NCBI GenBank assembly: GCA_964016885.1
Contig: OZ024759.1
Location: 10,416,001 to 10,480,000 of the forward strand
Source: Eledone cirrhosa
Lineage: Eukaryota
DNA length: 64,000 nucleotides
Direction: 5' to 3'
Within the stretch, counting starts at the first letter, position 1, and the number at the start of each line of letters is the position of its first letter. The position numbers and the translations under genes are program-made. The notes under the pieces are model-generated. The model did no database searches and was not told the DNA's origin. It was given only the letters and a program-made list of their open reading frames with translations. This document shows, piece by piece, positions 27,846 through 41,321 of this stretch.

Positions 27846-28035
27846 ATAGGAACAAGTATGACCCCGACAGCAGAGCTCAAGCCGTTTCGATGGCTAATTC
27901 TGGACGAATTAGCCGTCGAAACAGCTTGAGCTCTGCCGTCGGGGTCATACTTGTTCCTATTACCCACTCTACTACCCTAAGTATTGAGTACTTTGGTGCG
28001 TTATGGTTAATCTGGTTCCTTACCACGTTTCCTTC

Positions 28036-28040
<5 letters not shown>
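27846..28040. repeat. Hairpin element (55-bp arms, 5-nt loop, about 80 bp tail) in (TA)n; related inverted copy at 41110-41300
   Basis: Arms at 27846-27900 and 27906-27960 with 3 mismatches. Confidence 0.9.
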
Positions 28041-28088
<48 letters not shown>

Positions 28089-28157
28089 GCAGACGTAAAA
28101 AAAATAGTTAAATATCTAAATATAAATCTATCTATATATATATGTATATAGATACAG

Positions 28158-28215
<58 letters not shown>

Positions 28216-28307
28216 ATAGATACAGATAAATATCTAGATATAAATAAATATAGATATAGCTATATAGATAGATAAATATCTAAATATAAATATATCTATA
28301 TTTATCT

Positions 28308-28359
<52 letters not shown>

Positions 28360-29748
28360 GTATATATATATATGTATATATATATGATCAAATTTCTATA
28401 CTATGTTATTTATGAAATATTCAGCTTTCATTGATTGTATTTCAATGTTGTTGTTGTTCATGATGTTTTTGCTGTTGTTGTTGGTATTGTTTTTGTTGCT
28501 GTTGTTGCTGCTACTATTTTTGCTATTGCTGATATCCATGCTGTTGCTACTGCTGTTATTATTGGTGTGTTATTTTTGGTATAGGGTTCCATCAAAGTCA
28601 TTCTTCTTTTGTTTGCAGAATGGCAGGGCTGTAGTGCAATAGTCCAAATACTGTAGTTGCTTCAGCTAGCCACAATGGTTGGTTCCTTTAGTATATTGAT
28701 TGGAAGCGACCCACTGCTATAGATATCACATAAAATCAATACTGTTCACTAACATTCCACCAACTCTATTCATCTTTCTAGTTTTAATCTCACTACTCTT
28801 TCGATGCCTAATAATGTCCGTCACATGGTTCACCCCCTACCCACAAGAATTGCTGAACAAAGCCCTACCTAAACCCTTACTTAACATACAAGGATCATAA
28901 GGGACAGGTTTATGTCATTGGCCAATCGAAACAAAATGAAAGTGACCAACTCTTGTGAACAAAAATAGTTTCAGCTTCATATGTTCTGTTTTATTTCATC
29001 TATTATTATTATTTGGTGGAGCGCCAGACGCCATGCTTTGCAGCATAGAGTTACGGCCCTTTATGTTCTGGGTTCAAATCTGGCCCAGGTTAGTTTTGCC
29101 TTTCACCCTTACAGGGTCGATAAAATAAAATACCAGTAATACACGGGTTGATTTAATCAACTTTCCCCTTTCCCATCAAATTACTAGCCTTGTGCCTATA
29201 TTGGAAACCATTATATACTTTCAAGGTGGTGGATTGGCAGTATCGGTAGAGGGTCGGACGCCATGCTTTGCAGCAAAGAGTTACGGCCCTTTATGGCCTG
29301 AGTTCAAATCCCGCCGAGGTTAACTTTGCCTTTCATCCTTACGGGGTCGATAAAATAAAGTACCAGTAATGTGCTGGGGTTGATTTAGTTAACTTTCCCC
29401 TCCCCTTTCCAAAATTAGAAATACATGTCTTTCTTTCTCTTCAATAAATTCTTACTCGAGATATATAAATAACATCTCTTTCTCTCTCTTTCTATCTCTC
29501 TCTCTCTTTCTCTCTCTTTCTATCTCTCTCTCTCTTTCTATCTCTCTCTCTCTTTCTCTCTCTCTAACTCTCTCTCTCTCTCTCTCTCTCTCTCATTCTC
29601 TCTCTCACTCACTCACTGTATCTCTCACTTTCTCTCATTCACTCTCTCTCTCTCTTTCTCCCCTTCCTCTCACTCTCTCTCATTCACTCTCTCTCACTCT
29701 CTCTCTCATTCACTCACTCACTCTCTCTCTTTTTTTTCTTTCTACCAG

Positions 29749-29947
29749 AATTGGAGGTGGAAGAATCCATCATAAACTGGAGTTTGGAACTAACTGAGAG
29801 ATTAAGTAGCCGTTTGCATGCCTTATGGAACCGTACAGCTGGAGACTGCCTTTTAGACTCAGTATTACAAGCTACTTGGGGAGTCTTTGATGTCGACAAT
29901 TCTTTGCGTAGGGCTCTGGCAGAAAGCCTTGGAGATGGAGCAATGAT
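29749..29947 (+). CDS. ZRANB1: TRABID/ZRANB1 exon B (199 bp, phase 1-2) with the catalytic Cys loop WNRTAGDCLLDS
   Basis: Long CT tract then tctaccag acceptor; donor gtaagt at 29948. Encodes LEVEESIINWSLELTERLSSRLHALWNRTAGDCLLDSVLQATWGVFDVDNSLRRALAESLGDGAM, near-identical to the recalled TRABID OTU sequence. Cys codon at 29847-29849. Confidence 0.96.
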
Positions 29948-30052
29948 GTAAGTCATGGTTTTTCAAAAGTTTGTATTGTATTTTCCACACATGTTTACAT
30001 GTTTATTAACATATCTGTATATATATATTTCATGTTTTATATTATTGACAAT

Positions 30053-30089
<37 letters not shown>

Positions 30090-30129
30090 TATATTTCGAC
30101 TCCTCCTATTTATTTTGGCCGCGGATGGC

Positions 30130-30401
30130 TACAACATCTAGTCCGAAATAAATGAGGTCGTGTAGGTGTCACGACAAAAAAAAAACACAGTCTACGGTGT
30201 AATGTGGCCGTGTAGGTAACACGGTAAAAATCTCCCAGTCCACACTGTAAACGTGGTTGGTGTTAGGAAGGGCATCCAGCCGTAGAAAACCTGCCAAACA
30301 GTCCTATACAAGCAAGACAACCACTCTTGCCTCAAGTGGGAAAATTCCCGTCCAAACCCATGCTAGCGTGGAAGATGGACATTAAATGATGATGATGATG
30401 A

Positions 30402-30438
<37 letters not shown>

Positions 30439-30660
30439 GTGAAGGTGTGTGGCTGAGTGGTTAGAGAATTGGATTCACAATCTTGAGATTGTGAGTTCGA
30501 TTCCTGGACCGGGCGATGCGTTATGCCCTTGAGCAAGACACTTTATTTCACGTTGCTCCTTCTACCTGGAGTTGCGACCAATAGATAGTACTAGCAACTA
30601 GAAAGACCGACGAAAACGTTGTTTCCTCGCTCCGATTTGACGAAAGTCGATCGATAAAGA
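30130..30660 (+). mobile_element. RTE-2 3' UTR/tail fragment followed by a tRNA-headed SINE (family D; also about 27640-27820 and 60530-60735 minus)
   Basis: Matches 31630-31917. The SINE has A box tggctgagtgg, B box gagttcgattcc, a core shared with family A and a different tail. Confidence 0.75.
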
Positions 30661-30931
30661 GATATATATTGTTATACTTAGGGAGGGTCAGGCTGCCAAT
30701 AAAAACACATGCACCTGTTGGTTTTTACTTCAATTTATTATAAATTTCTGGTTGGTTGGTTCGATAACCAGACGGGTGTTTATATATTGTTAAAGCTCTT
30801 TCGTCCGTGACTGGATTTTGATTTTGTGTCTCTCCTTTGGTCTGTACTAAAAGTATAACAATATCTGTTTCAACACATGTTTTCAGGTAAGAAATCTTGC
30901 GAAACAAATTCAAAAACGAATTATATATATA

Positions 30932-30978
<47 letters not shown>

Positions 30979-31148
30979 GTGTATAGTGGTAGCTATGGAG
31001 CTTCCGTAGGCGGTATGCCAAAATTAGCACTCGATATTCATCAGAGTAGAGTGTAGATATTATAAAGAAAACGAAAAATCAGGGATACATCTGGACTTAG
31101 TTTATTTTGTGTTACAAATGTGTCGCCGGCATGTAGCTCGAGTCATGG

Positions 31149-31308
31149 TCCCTGTATGGATCTGGCTGATTCTACTTCTGCGGGTTCTTTCAGACACGGG
31201 TGTTATGTCTGGAGCAAATTTTATAAAATTTTATATATTTTGCTCCGGACAAAACACCCGTGTCTGAAAGAACCCGCAGAAGTAGAATCAGCCAGATCCA
31301 CACAAGGA
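31149..31308. repeat. Near-perfect palindrome of about 160 bp
   Basis: tggatctggctgattctacttctgcgggttctttcagacacgggtgtt versus aacacccgtgtctgaaagaacccgcagaagtagaatcagccagatcca. Confidence 0.95.
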
Positions 31309-31321
31309 TTATATATATATA

Positions 31322-31917
31322 TACACCTCTCCAAGACAATGTCACTGGACAGAGATCTTTGGCGCTACACAGTAATAGAGAAGACCCGCCTTACCTAAGT
31401 GCAAAGTGAAACCTACTACAGTCAGTAGGCACCTCTAACAAATACACCCCCGTCCCACTACCCCCACCCCATCCACACCACCCCTTCCAATGTAAAGTTA
31501 TGTTGGTACCACAACATCCAGGCCGAAACAAATGAGGTCGTGTAGGTGTCACACCATCCAGGCCGAAACAAATGAGGTCGTGTAGGTGTCACACCATCCA
31601 GGCCGAAACAAATGAGGTCGTGTAGGTGTCACAACATCCAGGCCGAAACAAATGAGGTCGTGTAGGTGTCACGACAAAAAAACACACAGTCCACGCTGTA
31701 ATGTGGCCGTGTAGGTAACACGGTAAAAACCTCCCAGTTCCACACTGTAAATGTGGTTGGTGTTAGGAAGGGCATCCAGCCGTAGAAAACCAGCCAGACA
31801 GTCCTATGCGAGTAAGACAACCACTCTTGCCTCAAGTGGGAAAACTCCCGCCCAAATCCATGCAAGCGTGGAATATGGACATTAAACGAAGATGATGATG
31901 ATGATGATGATGATGAT
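31322..31917 (+). mobile_element. RTE-2 family 3' end with a short internal 40-bp tandem expansion (4 copies)
   Basis: HLSKTMSLDRDLWRYTVIEKTRLT* then the 3' UTR and TGA tail. Confidence 0.82.
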
Positions 31918-34026
31918 ATATATTATAAGATGAATTGGCAGTCGTTAAGATGTCAGATAGACTGCTTTACGTTATTCGTCCCACCTCATTGCGCGCTCTG
32001 AGCTCAAATCCCACCGAAGTCAACGTTGCCTTTCATCCTTTTGAGGTTGATAAAAAAAAGTAGCAGTCCAGAACTGGGGTCGATTGTTTCTCTATAGAAA
32101 AAGTCGGCTGTGTTCAGACCTGGAGAGGGTTGGGCTCCACCAGGTTTAAAAGTGTCCTAGACACGCTGTGTGTGTTCAGACAAGGAGTTATGGGATATTT
32201 ATCCTATATATATATATTTTTTTTTTTTAAAGGTTAAACAAGGTTCAATGAATAAATCAATGAATAAAGTTTCACAATAGATTAGAAGCACTCCACAGAA
32301 AGGATTTCTGGAGTTATTAATATTACTTCAAGATATAAAAATATTATTACAACAAATATAATCACATGAATGTCTATATTTATTAATATTTTGAAGTAAT
32401 ATATATATATATATATTAAAATAACAGATTAAAGTTTAAGCAAAGAATTGCTGCTTAAACTTTAATCTGTTATTTTAATAAATATTTGCTCTAGGGTTCT
32501 TATATATTTGATATATATTTATCCTTATTGAGCCCTCTTTGGATTTTAGTCTTCAAATTTATTATTATTACTATATATATATAGTTAAATGATAAGATAT
32601 ATACTTGTATTTTACCCGATTTTTAAAGTTATTATTTGTAGTGAAGGCGCTGGATTGGCAGTATCAGTAGAGGGTCGGATGCCATGCTTTCCAGCATAGA
32701 GTTACGGCCCTTTATGGTCTGAGTTCAAATCCCGCCGAGGTTAACTTTGCTTTTCATCCTTACAAGGTCGATATATATATATATATATATATATTTAGAA
32801 TGAGGAAAATGTGAAGTTGTAGATGTTAAAGAATCCTTTATTAATTAAGGGTGTGGACAACCAAAGCAAAAGCATAACTTTTTTAGTCCGCTCCCTTCCG
32901 CCAATAAGTGCGTCGGAAATGTCTGATGAAATAACGATCATCATTGAAATATGTATAATGGCTCAATTAATAAAGGACCCTTTAACATCAACAACTTCAC
33001 ATTTTCCTCATTCTAAATATACTCAGTCATCCTTATTTTGAAGAAATAACACAATGTTGAGTGCTTGAATTGAATTGCATCCTTGTCTACCAAATAAACA
33101 AGGAAAAGCAGACATCTGATGATGATGATGATGTAAATGTAGCTTTTCTTTATACTGAAAGCATTGGTTGGTTTTTATTCAATGTATTCTGAGTGATTTG
33201 AAGGTTGAAAATGTGGGAATTACGAATTGCAGAAAATAACTGTGAAAACAGTTGATCACTGCAAATAATTGTTTCTACTTATGGCACAAGGCCAGCAATT
33301 ATCCCAGTGCATTACTGGTACTTTATTTTATCAAGCCCCGTAATAATTGTTTCTACTTTTGGCACAAGGCCAGCAATTATCCCAGTGCATTACTGGTACT
33401 TTATTTTATCGACCCCGTAAGGATGAAAGGCAAAGTTAACCTCGCCGGGATTTGAACTCAAACCATGAAGGGCCGTAACTCTATGCTGGAAAGCATGGCA
33501 GCCGACCCTCTACCGATGTTGCCAATCCACCGCCTTCACTACAAATAATAGCTTTAAAAATCGGGTAAAATACAAGTATATATCTTATCATTTAACATCC
33601 ATTTTCCCTGCTAGCAAAGGTTGGACTGGACATCACAGATGGGACAGGACTTCATCTTGCTTATATAGGTTCCCGCACGCTACTGACTGTACTAGGTGCA
33701 TTTTTTCATGGCACCTGCACTGGGGAGGGGGGGGGGATCATCATGCCCTTGAACACAACTGAAGAGTCATCTTTACCTTTTGATTGACATATTTTCTCTA
33801 GTTGGGTGTCCTTCCTATCCGACGTTCTAACGACTCGGCAATTTCAAGGCCCTTTAATGCTTCCATATCCTTCTCTCCAGATTGCTTCAGGTTTCTGTGT
33901 GTTATCTAGTTGAGGCATGTCAAACATGCGGCCCTTTGCAAGCACACCAGCGGCCCGCACAGAGGTTTTTACAGTACTAGCACGTTTTATGTTTGTAAAA
34001 TTAGTTGTCGTGTGCGCAATTAGCTG

Positions 34027-34645
34027 TCATGTATGGCCCTCGGACAACACATGTGTGACCCATGTGGTCCTCGGACAACACATATGTGACCCATGTGGTC
34101 CTCGGACAACACATGTGACACGTGACCCTCGGACAACACATGTGACACGTGGCCCTCGGGCAACACATGTGACATGTGGCCCTCGGACAACACACGTGAC
34201 CCATGTGGCCCTCATACAACACATATGTGACCCATGTGGCCCTCAGACAACACATATGTGACCCATGTGGCCCTCAGACAACACATATGTGACCCACCAG
34301 GCTATCGGACAACACATATGTGACCCACCAGGCTATCGGACAACACATATGTGACCCATGTGGCTCTCGGACAACACGTGTGACCCATGTGGCCCTCATA
34401 CAACACGTGACCCATGTGGCCCTCAAACAACACGTGACCCATGTGGCCCTCAGACAACACGTGTGACCCGTGTGGCCCTCAGACAACACGTGACCCGTGT
34501 GGCCCTCAGACAACACATATGTGACCCATGTGGCCCTCAGACAACACGTGTGACCCATGTGGCCCTCAGACAACACATGTGACCCATGTGGCCCTCAGAC
34601 AAAACATATGTGACCCATGTGGCCTTCAGACAACATGTGACCCAT
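34027..34645. repeat. 27-31-bp minisatellite containing the palindrome cacatatgtg
   Basis: Unit cagacaacacatatgtgacccatgtggccct. Confidence 0.92.
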
Positions 34646-34804
34646 GCAGCCCTTGGAGGACCCTCAGTTTAACATGCCTGGTGTAGTTCATACTCTAAAA
34701 TCTACTAATCCCTCTCCTTGGGTGGTGCATTCTTCCCCAGGGGGAAAGTGTTTTAGTATTTACCTGCCTATTGTATTTCCTGGTGAGACTAAAGCTTGTG
34801 CCTG

Positions 34805-36815
34805 CACCCAGCCTCTGTATCTGACGTCCATTTATATGTTGTCATTTCACCAACACCCAGCCCCTGTATCTGACGTCCATTTATATATTGTCATTTCACC
34901 AACACCCAGCCTCTGTATCTGACGTCCATTTATATGTTGTCATTTCACCAACACCCAGCCCCTGTATCTGACGTCCATTTATATATTGTCATTTCACAAA
35001 CAACCAGCCCCTGTATCTGACGTCCATTTATATATTGTCATTTCACAAACAACCAGCCCCTGTATCTGACGTCCATTTATATATTGTTATTTCACCAACA
35101 CCCAGCCCCTGTATCTGACGTCCATTTAGATATTGTCATTTCACCAACACCCAGCCCCTGTATCTGACGTCCATTTATATGTTGTCATTTCACCAACACC
35201 CAGCCCCTGTATCTGACGTCCATTTATATGTTGTCATTTCACCAACACCCAGCCCCTGTATCTGACGTCCATTTATATATTGTCATTTCACCAACACCCA
35301 GCCCCTGTATCTGACGTCCATTTATATATTGTCATTTCACCAACACCCAGCCCCTGTATCTGACGTCCATTTATATATTGTCATTTCACCAACACCCAGC
35401 CCCTGTATCTGACGTCCATTTATATATTGTCATTTCACAAACAACCAGCCTCTGTATCTGACGTCCATTTATATATTGTCATTTCACCAACACCCAGCCC
35501 CTGTATCTGACGTCCATTTATATGTTGTCATTTCACCAACACCCAGCCCCTGTATCTGACGTCCATTTATATATTGTCATTTCACCAACACCCAGCCCCT
35601 GTATCTGACGTCCATTTATATGTTGTCATTTCACCAACACCCAGCCTCTGTATCTGACGTCCATTTATATATTGTCATTTCACCAACACCCAGCCCCTGT
35701 ATCTGACGTCCATTTATATATTGTCATTTCACCAACACCCAGCCCCTGTATCTGACGTCCATTTATATATTGTCATTTCACCAACACCCAGCCCCTGTAT
35801 CTGACGTCCATTTATATATTGTCATTTCACCAACACCCAGCCCCTGTATCTGACGTCCATTTATATATTGTCATTTCACCAACACCCAGCCCCTGTATCT
35901 GACGTCCATTTATATGTTGTCATTTCACCAACACCCAGCCCCTGTATCTGACGTCCATTTATATATTGTCATTTCACAAACAACCAGCCTCTGTATCTGA
36001 CGTCCATTTATATATTGTCATTTCACCAACACCCAGCCCCTGTATCTGACGTCCATTTATATATTGTCATTTCACCAACACCCAGCCCCTGTATCTGACG
36101 TCCATTTATATATTGTCATTTCACCAACACCCAGCCCCTGTATCTGACGTCCATTTATATGTTGTCATTTCACCAACACCCAGCCCCTGTATCTGACGTC
36201 CATTTATATATTGTCATTTCACCAACACCCAGCCCCTGTATCTGACGTCCATTTATATATTGTCATTTCACCAACACCCAGCCCCTGTATCTGACGTCCA
36301 TTTATATATTGTCATTTCACCAACACCCAGCCTCTGTATCTGACGTCCATTTATATATTGTCATTTCACCAACACCCAGCCCCTGTATCTGACGTCCATT
36401 TATATATTGTCATTTCACCAACACCCAGCCCCTGTATCTGACGTCCATTTATATGTTGTCATTTCACCAACACCCAGCCCCTGTATCTGACGTCCATTTA
36501 TATATTGTCATTTCACAAACAACCAGCCTCTGTATCTGACGTCCATTTATATATTGTCATTTCACCAACACCCAGCCCCTGTATCTGACGTCCATTTATA
36601 TGTTGTCATTTCACCAACACCCAGCCCCTGTATCTGACGTCCATTTATATATTGTCATTTCACCAACACCCAGCCCCTGTATCTGACGTCCATTTATATA
36701 TTGTCATTTCACCAACACCCAGCCCCTGTATCTGACGTCCATTTATATATTGTCATTTCACCAACACCCAGCCTCTGTATCTGACGTCCATTTATATATT
36801 GTCATTTCACCAACA
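34805..36815. repeat. 49-bp minisatellite, about 41 copies
   Basis: Unit cacccagcccctgtatctgacgtccatttatatattgtcatttcaccaa. Confidence 0.97.
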
Positions 36816-37529
36816 TAGAGAGAACATTTCTTTTTATTTGATCTTTATTGTAACAAACATAAGAATGGGGCTGTAATGAATAGAGACAATAAAGCTAAAG
36901 ACAGATTTTAGACTTTGGCAGATGGTAACTGGTGGATTAGAATATTGAATACCTAAAACATGGTGTAAAGGTACACGGCCTTGTGGTAAGGCTGTTGGAC
37001 TTGCAATCATAATGTTGTGGGTTCCATTCCTGGACTGGGTGGTGTGTTCCATTCCTGGACTGGGTGGTGTGTTGTGTTCTTGAGAAAAACACTTCATTTC
37101 ACATGGCTTCAGTGTACTCAGCTGAAAATGAGTACCAGCAGCAATAGCTGGAGGTTTAACCCTGTGATGGACTGGTGTCCTGTCCTGGGGATAGTTTTGT
37201 ACTTTCAGTCACTTAAGGCTATGGAAAACCAGGATAATCAGTGGCCTGGTGAGCCTCTGGATATGAGACAGACTTTAACCCTGCAGCAGACTGGTGTCCT
37301 GTCCGGGGAGTCTTGTACTCTGTCACCACAAAAACTGGGAATAGCACCAGCCTCATGAGCCTCGGGGCCACAAACAGACTTTCGGCTTAGACATAGAAAG
37401 CATGAAGGTGGGGTGTGTGTGGGGGTTGTCAGACAATACTTTATCTTCTTTACAAATATACATCAACTGACCCTAAAAGAAATTCACCTAACTTCCTAAC
37501 AGAGAATCTTGAGGTAATTTTGTCTCCTG

Positions 37530-39808
37530 GTTATTGTAAGTAGTCATTACACCAAGTTATTAAGTAGTCATTACACCAAGTTAATTAGTTATTACACCAA
37601 GTTATTAAGTAGTCATTACACCAAGTTATTAAGTAGTTATTACACCAAGTTATTAAGTAGTTATTACACCAAGTTATTAAGTAGTTATTACACCAAGTTA
37701 TTAAGTAGTCATTACACCAAGTTATTAAGTAGTCATTACACCAAGTTATTAAGTAGTTATTACACCAAGTTATTAAGTAGTTATTACACCAAGTTATTAA
37801 GTAGCTATTACACCAAGTTATTAAGTAGCTATTACACCAAGTTATTAAGTAGCTATTACACCAAGTTATTAAGTAGCTATTACACCAAGTTATTAAGTAG
37901 TTATTACACTAAGTAATTAAGTAGTTATTACACCAAGTAATTAAGTAGTTATTACACCAAGTAATTAAGTAGTTATTACACCAAGTAATTAAGTAGTTAT
38001 TACACCAAGTAATTAAGTAGTTATTACACCAAGTAATTAAGTAGTTATTACACCAAGTAATTAAGTAGTTATTACACCAAGTTATTAAGTAGTTATTACA
38101 CCAAGTTATTAAGTAGTTATTACACAAGTTATTAAGTAGTCATTACACCAAGTTATTAAGTAGTCATTACACCAAGTTATTAAGTAGTCATTACACCAAG
38201 TTATTAAGTAGTCATTACACCAAGTTATTAAGTAGTCATTACACCAAGTTATTAAGTAGTCATTACACCAAGTTATTAAGTAGTCATTACACCAAGTTAT
38301 TAAGTAGTTATTACACCAAGTTATTAAGTAGTTATTACACCAAGTTATTAAGTAGTTATTACACCAAGTTATTAAGTAGTTATTACACCAAGTTATTAAG
38401 TAGTTATTACACCAAGTTATTAAGTAGTTATTACACCAAGTTATTCAGTAGTTATTACACCAAGTTATTCAGTAGTTATTACACCAAGTTATTCAGTAGT
38501 TATTACACCAAGTTATTCAGTAGTTATTACACCAAGTTATTCAGTAGTTATTACACCAAGTTATTCAGTAGTTATTACACCAAGTTATTCAGTAGTTATT
38601 ACACCAAGTTATTAAGTAGTCATTACACCAAGTTATTAAGTAGTCATTACACCAAGTTATTAAGTAGTTATTACACCAAGTTATTAAGTAGTTATTACAC
38701 CAAGTTATTAAGTAGTCATTACACCAAGTTATTAAGTAGTCATTACACCAAGTTATTAAGTAGTTATTACACCAAGTTATTAAGTAGTCATTACACCAAG
38801 TTATTAAGTAGTCATTACACCAAGTTATTAAGTAGTCATTACACCAAGTTATTAAGTAGTTATTACACCAAGTTATTAAGTAGTCATTACACCAAGTTAT
38901 TAAGTAGTCATTACACCAAGTTATTAAGTAGTCATTACACCAAGTTATTAAGTAGTCATTACCAAGTTATTAAGTAGCTATTACACCAAATTATTAAGTA
39001 GCTATTACACCAAGTTATTAAGTAGTCATTACACCAAGTTATTAAGTAGTCATTACACCAAGTTATTAAGTAGTTATTACACCAAGTTATTAAGTAGTCA
39101 TTACACCAAGTTATTAAGTAGTCATTACACCAAGTTATTAAGTAGTCATTACACCAAGTTATTAAGTAGTCATTACACCAAGTTATTAAGTAGTCATTAC
39201 ACCAAGTTATTAAGTAGCTATTACACCAAATTATTAAGTAGCTATTACACCAAGTTATTAAGTAGTCATTACACCAAGTTATTAAGTAGTCATTACACCA
39301 AGTTATTAAGTAGTCATTACACCAAGTTATTAAGTAGTCATTACACCAAGTTATTAAGTAGTTATTACACCAAGTTATTAAGTAGCTATTACACCAAGTT
39401 ATTAAGTAGTTATTACACCAAGTTATTAAGTAGTTATTACACCAAGTTATTAAGTAGTCATTACACCAAGTTATTAAGTAGTCATTACACCAAGTTATTA
39501 AGTAGCTATTACACCAAGTTATTAAGTAGCTATTACACCAAGTTATTAAGTAGCTATTACACCAAGTTATTAAGTAGTTATTACACCAAGTTATTAAGTA
39601 GTCATTACACCAAATTATTAAGTAGCTATTACACCAAGTTATTAAGTAGTCATTACACCAAGTTATTAAGTAGCTATTACACCAAGTTATTAAGTAGCTA
39701 TTACACCAAGTTATTAAGTAGTTATTACACCAAGTTATTAAGTAGTTATTACACCAAGTTATTAAGTAGTTATTACACCAAGTTATTAAGTAGTTATTAC
39801 ACCAAGTA
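37530..39808. repeat. 24-bp minisatellite, about 95 copies, with variants clustered in blocks
   Basis: Unit acaccaagttattaagtagttatt. Confidence 0.97.
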
Positions 39809-40418
39809 ATGTTTTAGATTAGAGAAGAAGGAACTGTCTAGAACAGATGTTTCCAGGCAAGGTAGGATTTAGGCAGTAAAACATTAGTTTTTTATATTTT
39901 TATCAAAATCCTCTACTGCTATCTTAGTGGAGGAGATCCAGCTCAGCTTTCTTGATACCAAACTCCCTTCCGACTGCCTCTCACTCCATCATAAAAACAC
40001 AAAACTTCACTTTAAAGTGTTCATAGTTCTTTTTCTTTTTCTTTTTCTTTTTCTTTCTTTTTTCTTCTCCTTCTCCTCATGGGAGCAGAGTCCTCAAACA
40101 CTCACTCCTGCAGGTCCTGTCAGAAGCAACCATCTCCAACTGACCCGGCTGGATCCCCAAACAAGACTAGCCAAGCTCATGGATGTTATCCAACCATCTC
40201 GCTCGGGGTCTACCCCTGGGTCTCCTGCCAGTTGGTGTCTACCCCTGGGTCTCCTGCCAGTCGGTGTCTACCCCTGGGTCTCCTACCAGTTGGTTTTGCC
40301 CGTAAAATCTGTCCAGAGATTCTTCCCCGAGACATTCTAACCACATGCCCATAGTTTCGGAGCTGTGATCTCTTAATTTAAATATTTGACAGTTTTGTCT
40401 TGTGACTTTGTTAAGTTA

Positions 40419-40897
40419 TGTTCCACCAAACACTAGTTTAATAATGGGAAAGTTATTACTAAATCTCTTCAAATTAATTGAAACACAGATGCAATGTGTG
40501 TTCCACCAAACACTAGTTTAATAATGGGAAAGTTATTACTAAATCTCTTCAAATTAATTGAAACACAGATGCAATGTGTGTTCCACCAAACACTAGTTTA
40601 ATAATGGGAAAGTTATTACTAAATCTCTTCAAATTAATTGAAACACAGATGCAATGTGTGTTCCACCAAACACTAGTTTAATAATGGGAAAGTTATTACT
40701 AAATCTCTTCAAATTAATTGAAACACAGATGCAGTGTGTGTTCCACTAAACACTAGTTTAATAATGGGAAAGTTATTACTAAATCTCTTCAAATTAATTG
40801 AAACACAGATGCAATGTGTGTTCCACCAAACACTAGTTTAATAATGGGAAAGTTATTACTAAATCTCTTCAAATTAATTGATACACAGATGCAGTGT
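40419..40897. repeat. 80-bp tandem repeat x6
   Basis: ttccacc/ttccact at 40421, 40501, 40581, 40661, 40741 and 40821. Confidence 0.96.
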
Positions 40898-41321
40898 GAT
40901 TCATTACTTACATAATCAGGAATCGGGAAATCGTGTTTGACCTTGGAAAAGACTTTCTAACTGAAAAATATTAAATTAAGTTAAATGTTACATGATTAGT
41001 CATGTCAAGGATATGACTAATCAGTATTACTGACCTACATGATGGTCTACCTGGTATCTTACCACACCCGCTTTGGTCTTTGTTTCTTTATATATATATA
41101 TATATATATATATAATGAAGCAAATTTGGTAAGAAACCAGGTGGACCATAACGCACCAAAGTACTCAATACTTAGGGTAGTAGAGTGGGTAATAGGAACG
41201 AGTAGGACCCCGACGGCTAATTCTGGACAAAATCTAAGTCCAGAATTAGCCGTCGAAATGGCTTGAGCTCAGCCGTCGCGGTCCTACTCGTTCCTATATA
41301 TATATTTTTTTTTTATTATGT

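Noticed and set aside
28403-28642. Hydrophobic 79-aa ORF as a membrane peptide
   Set aside because: Degenerate (TTG/CTG)n repeat.
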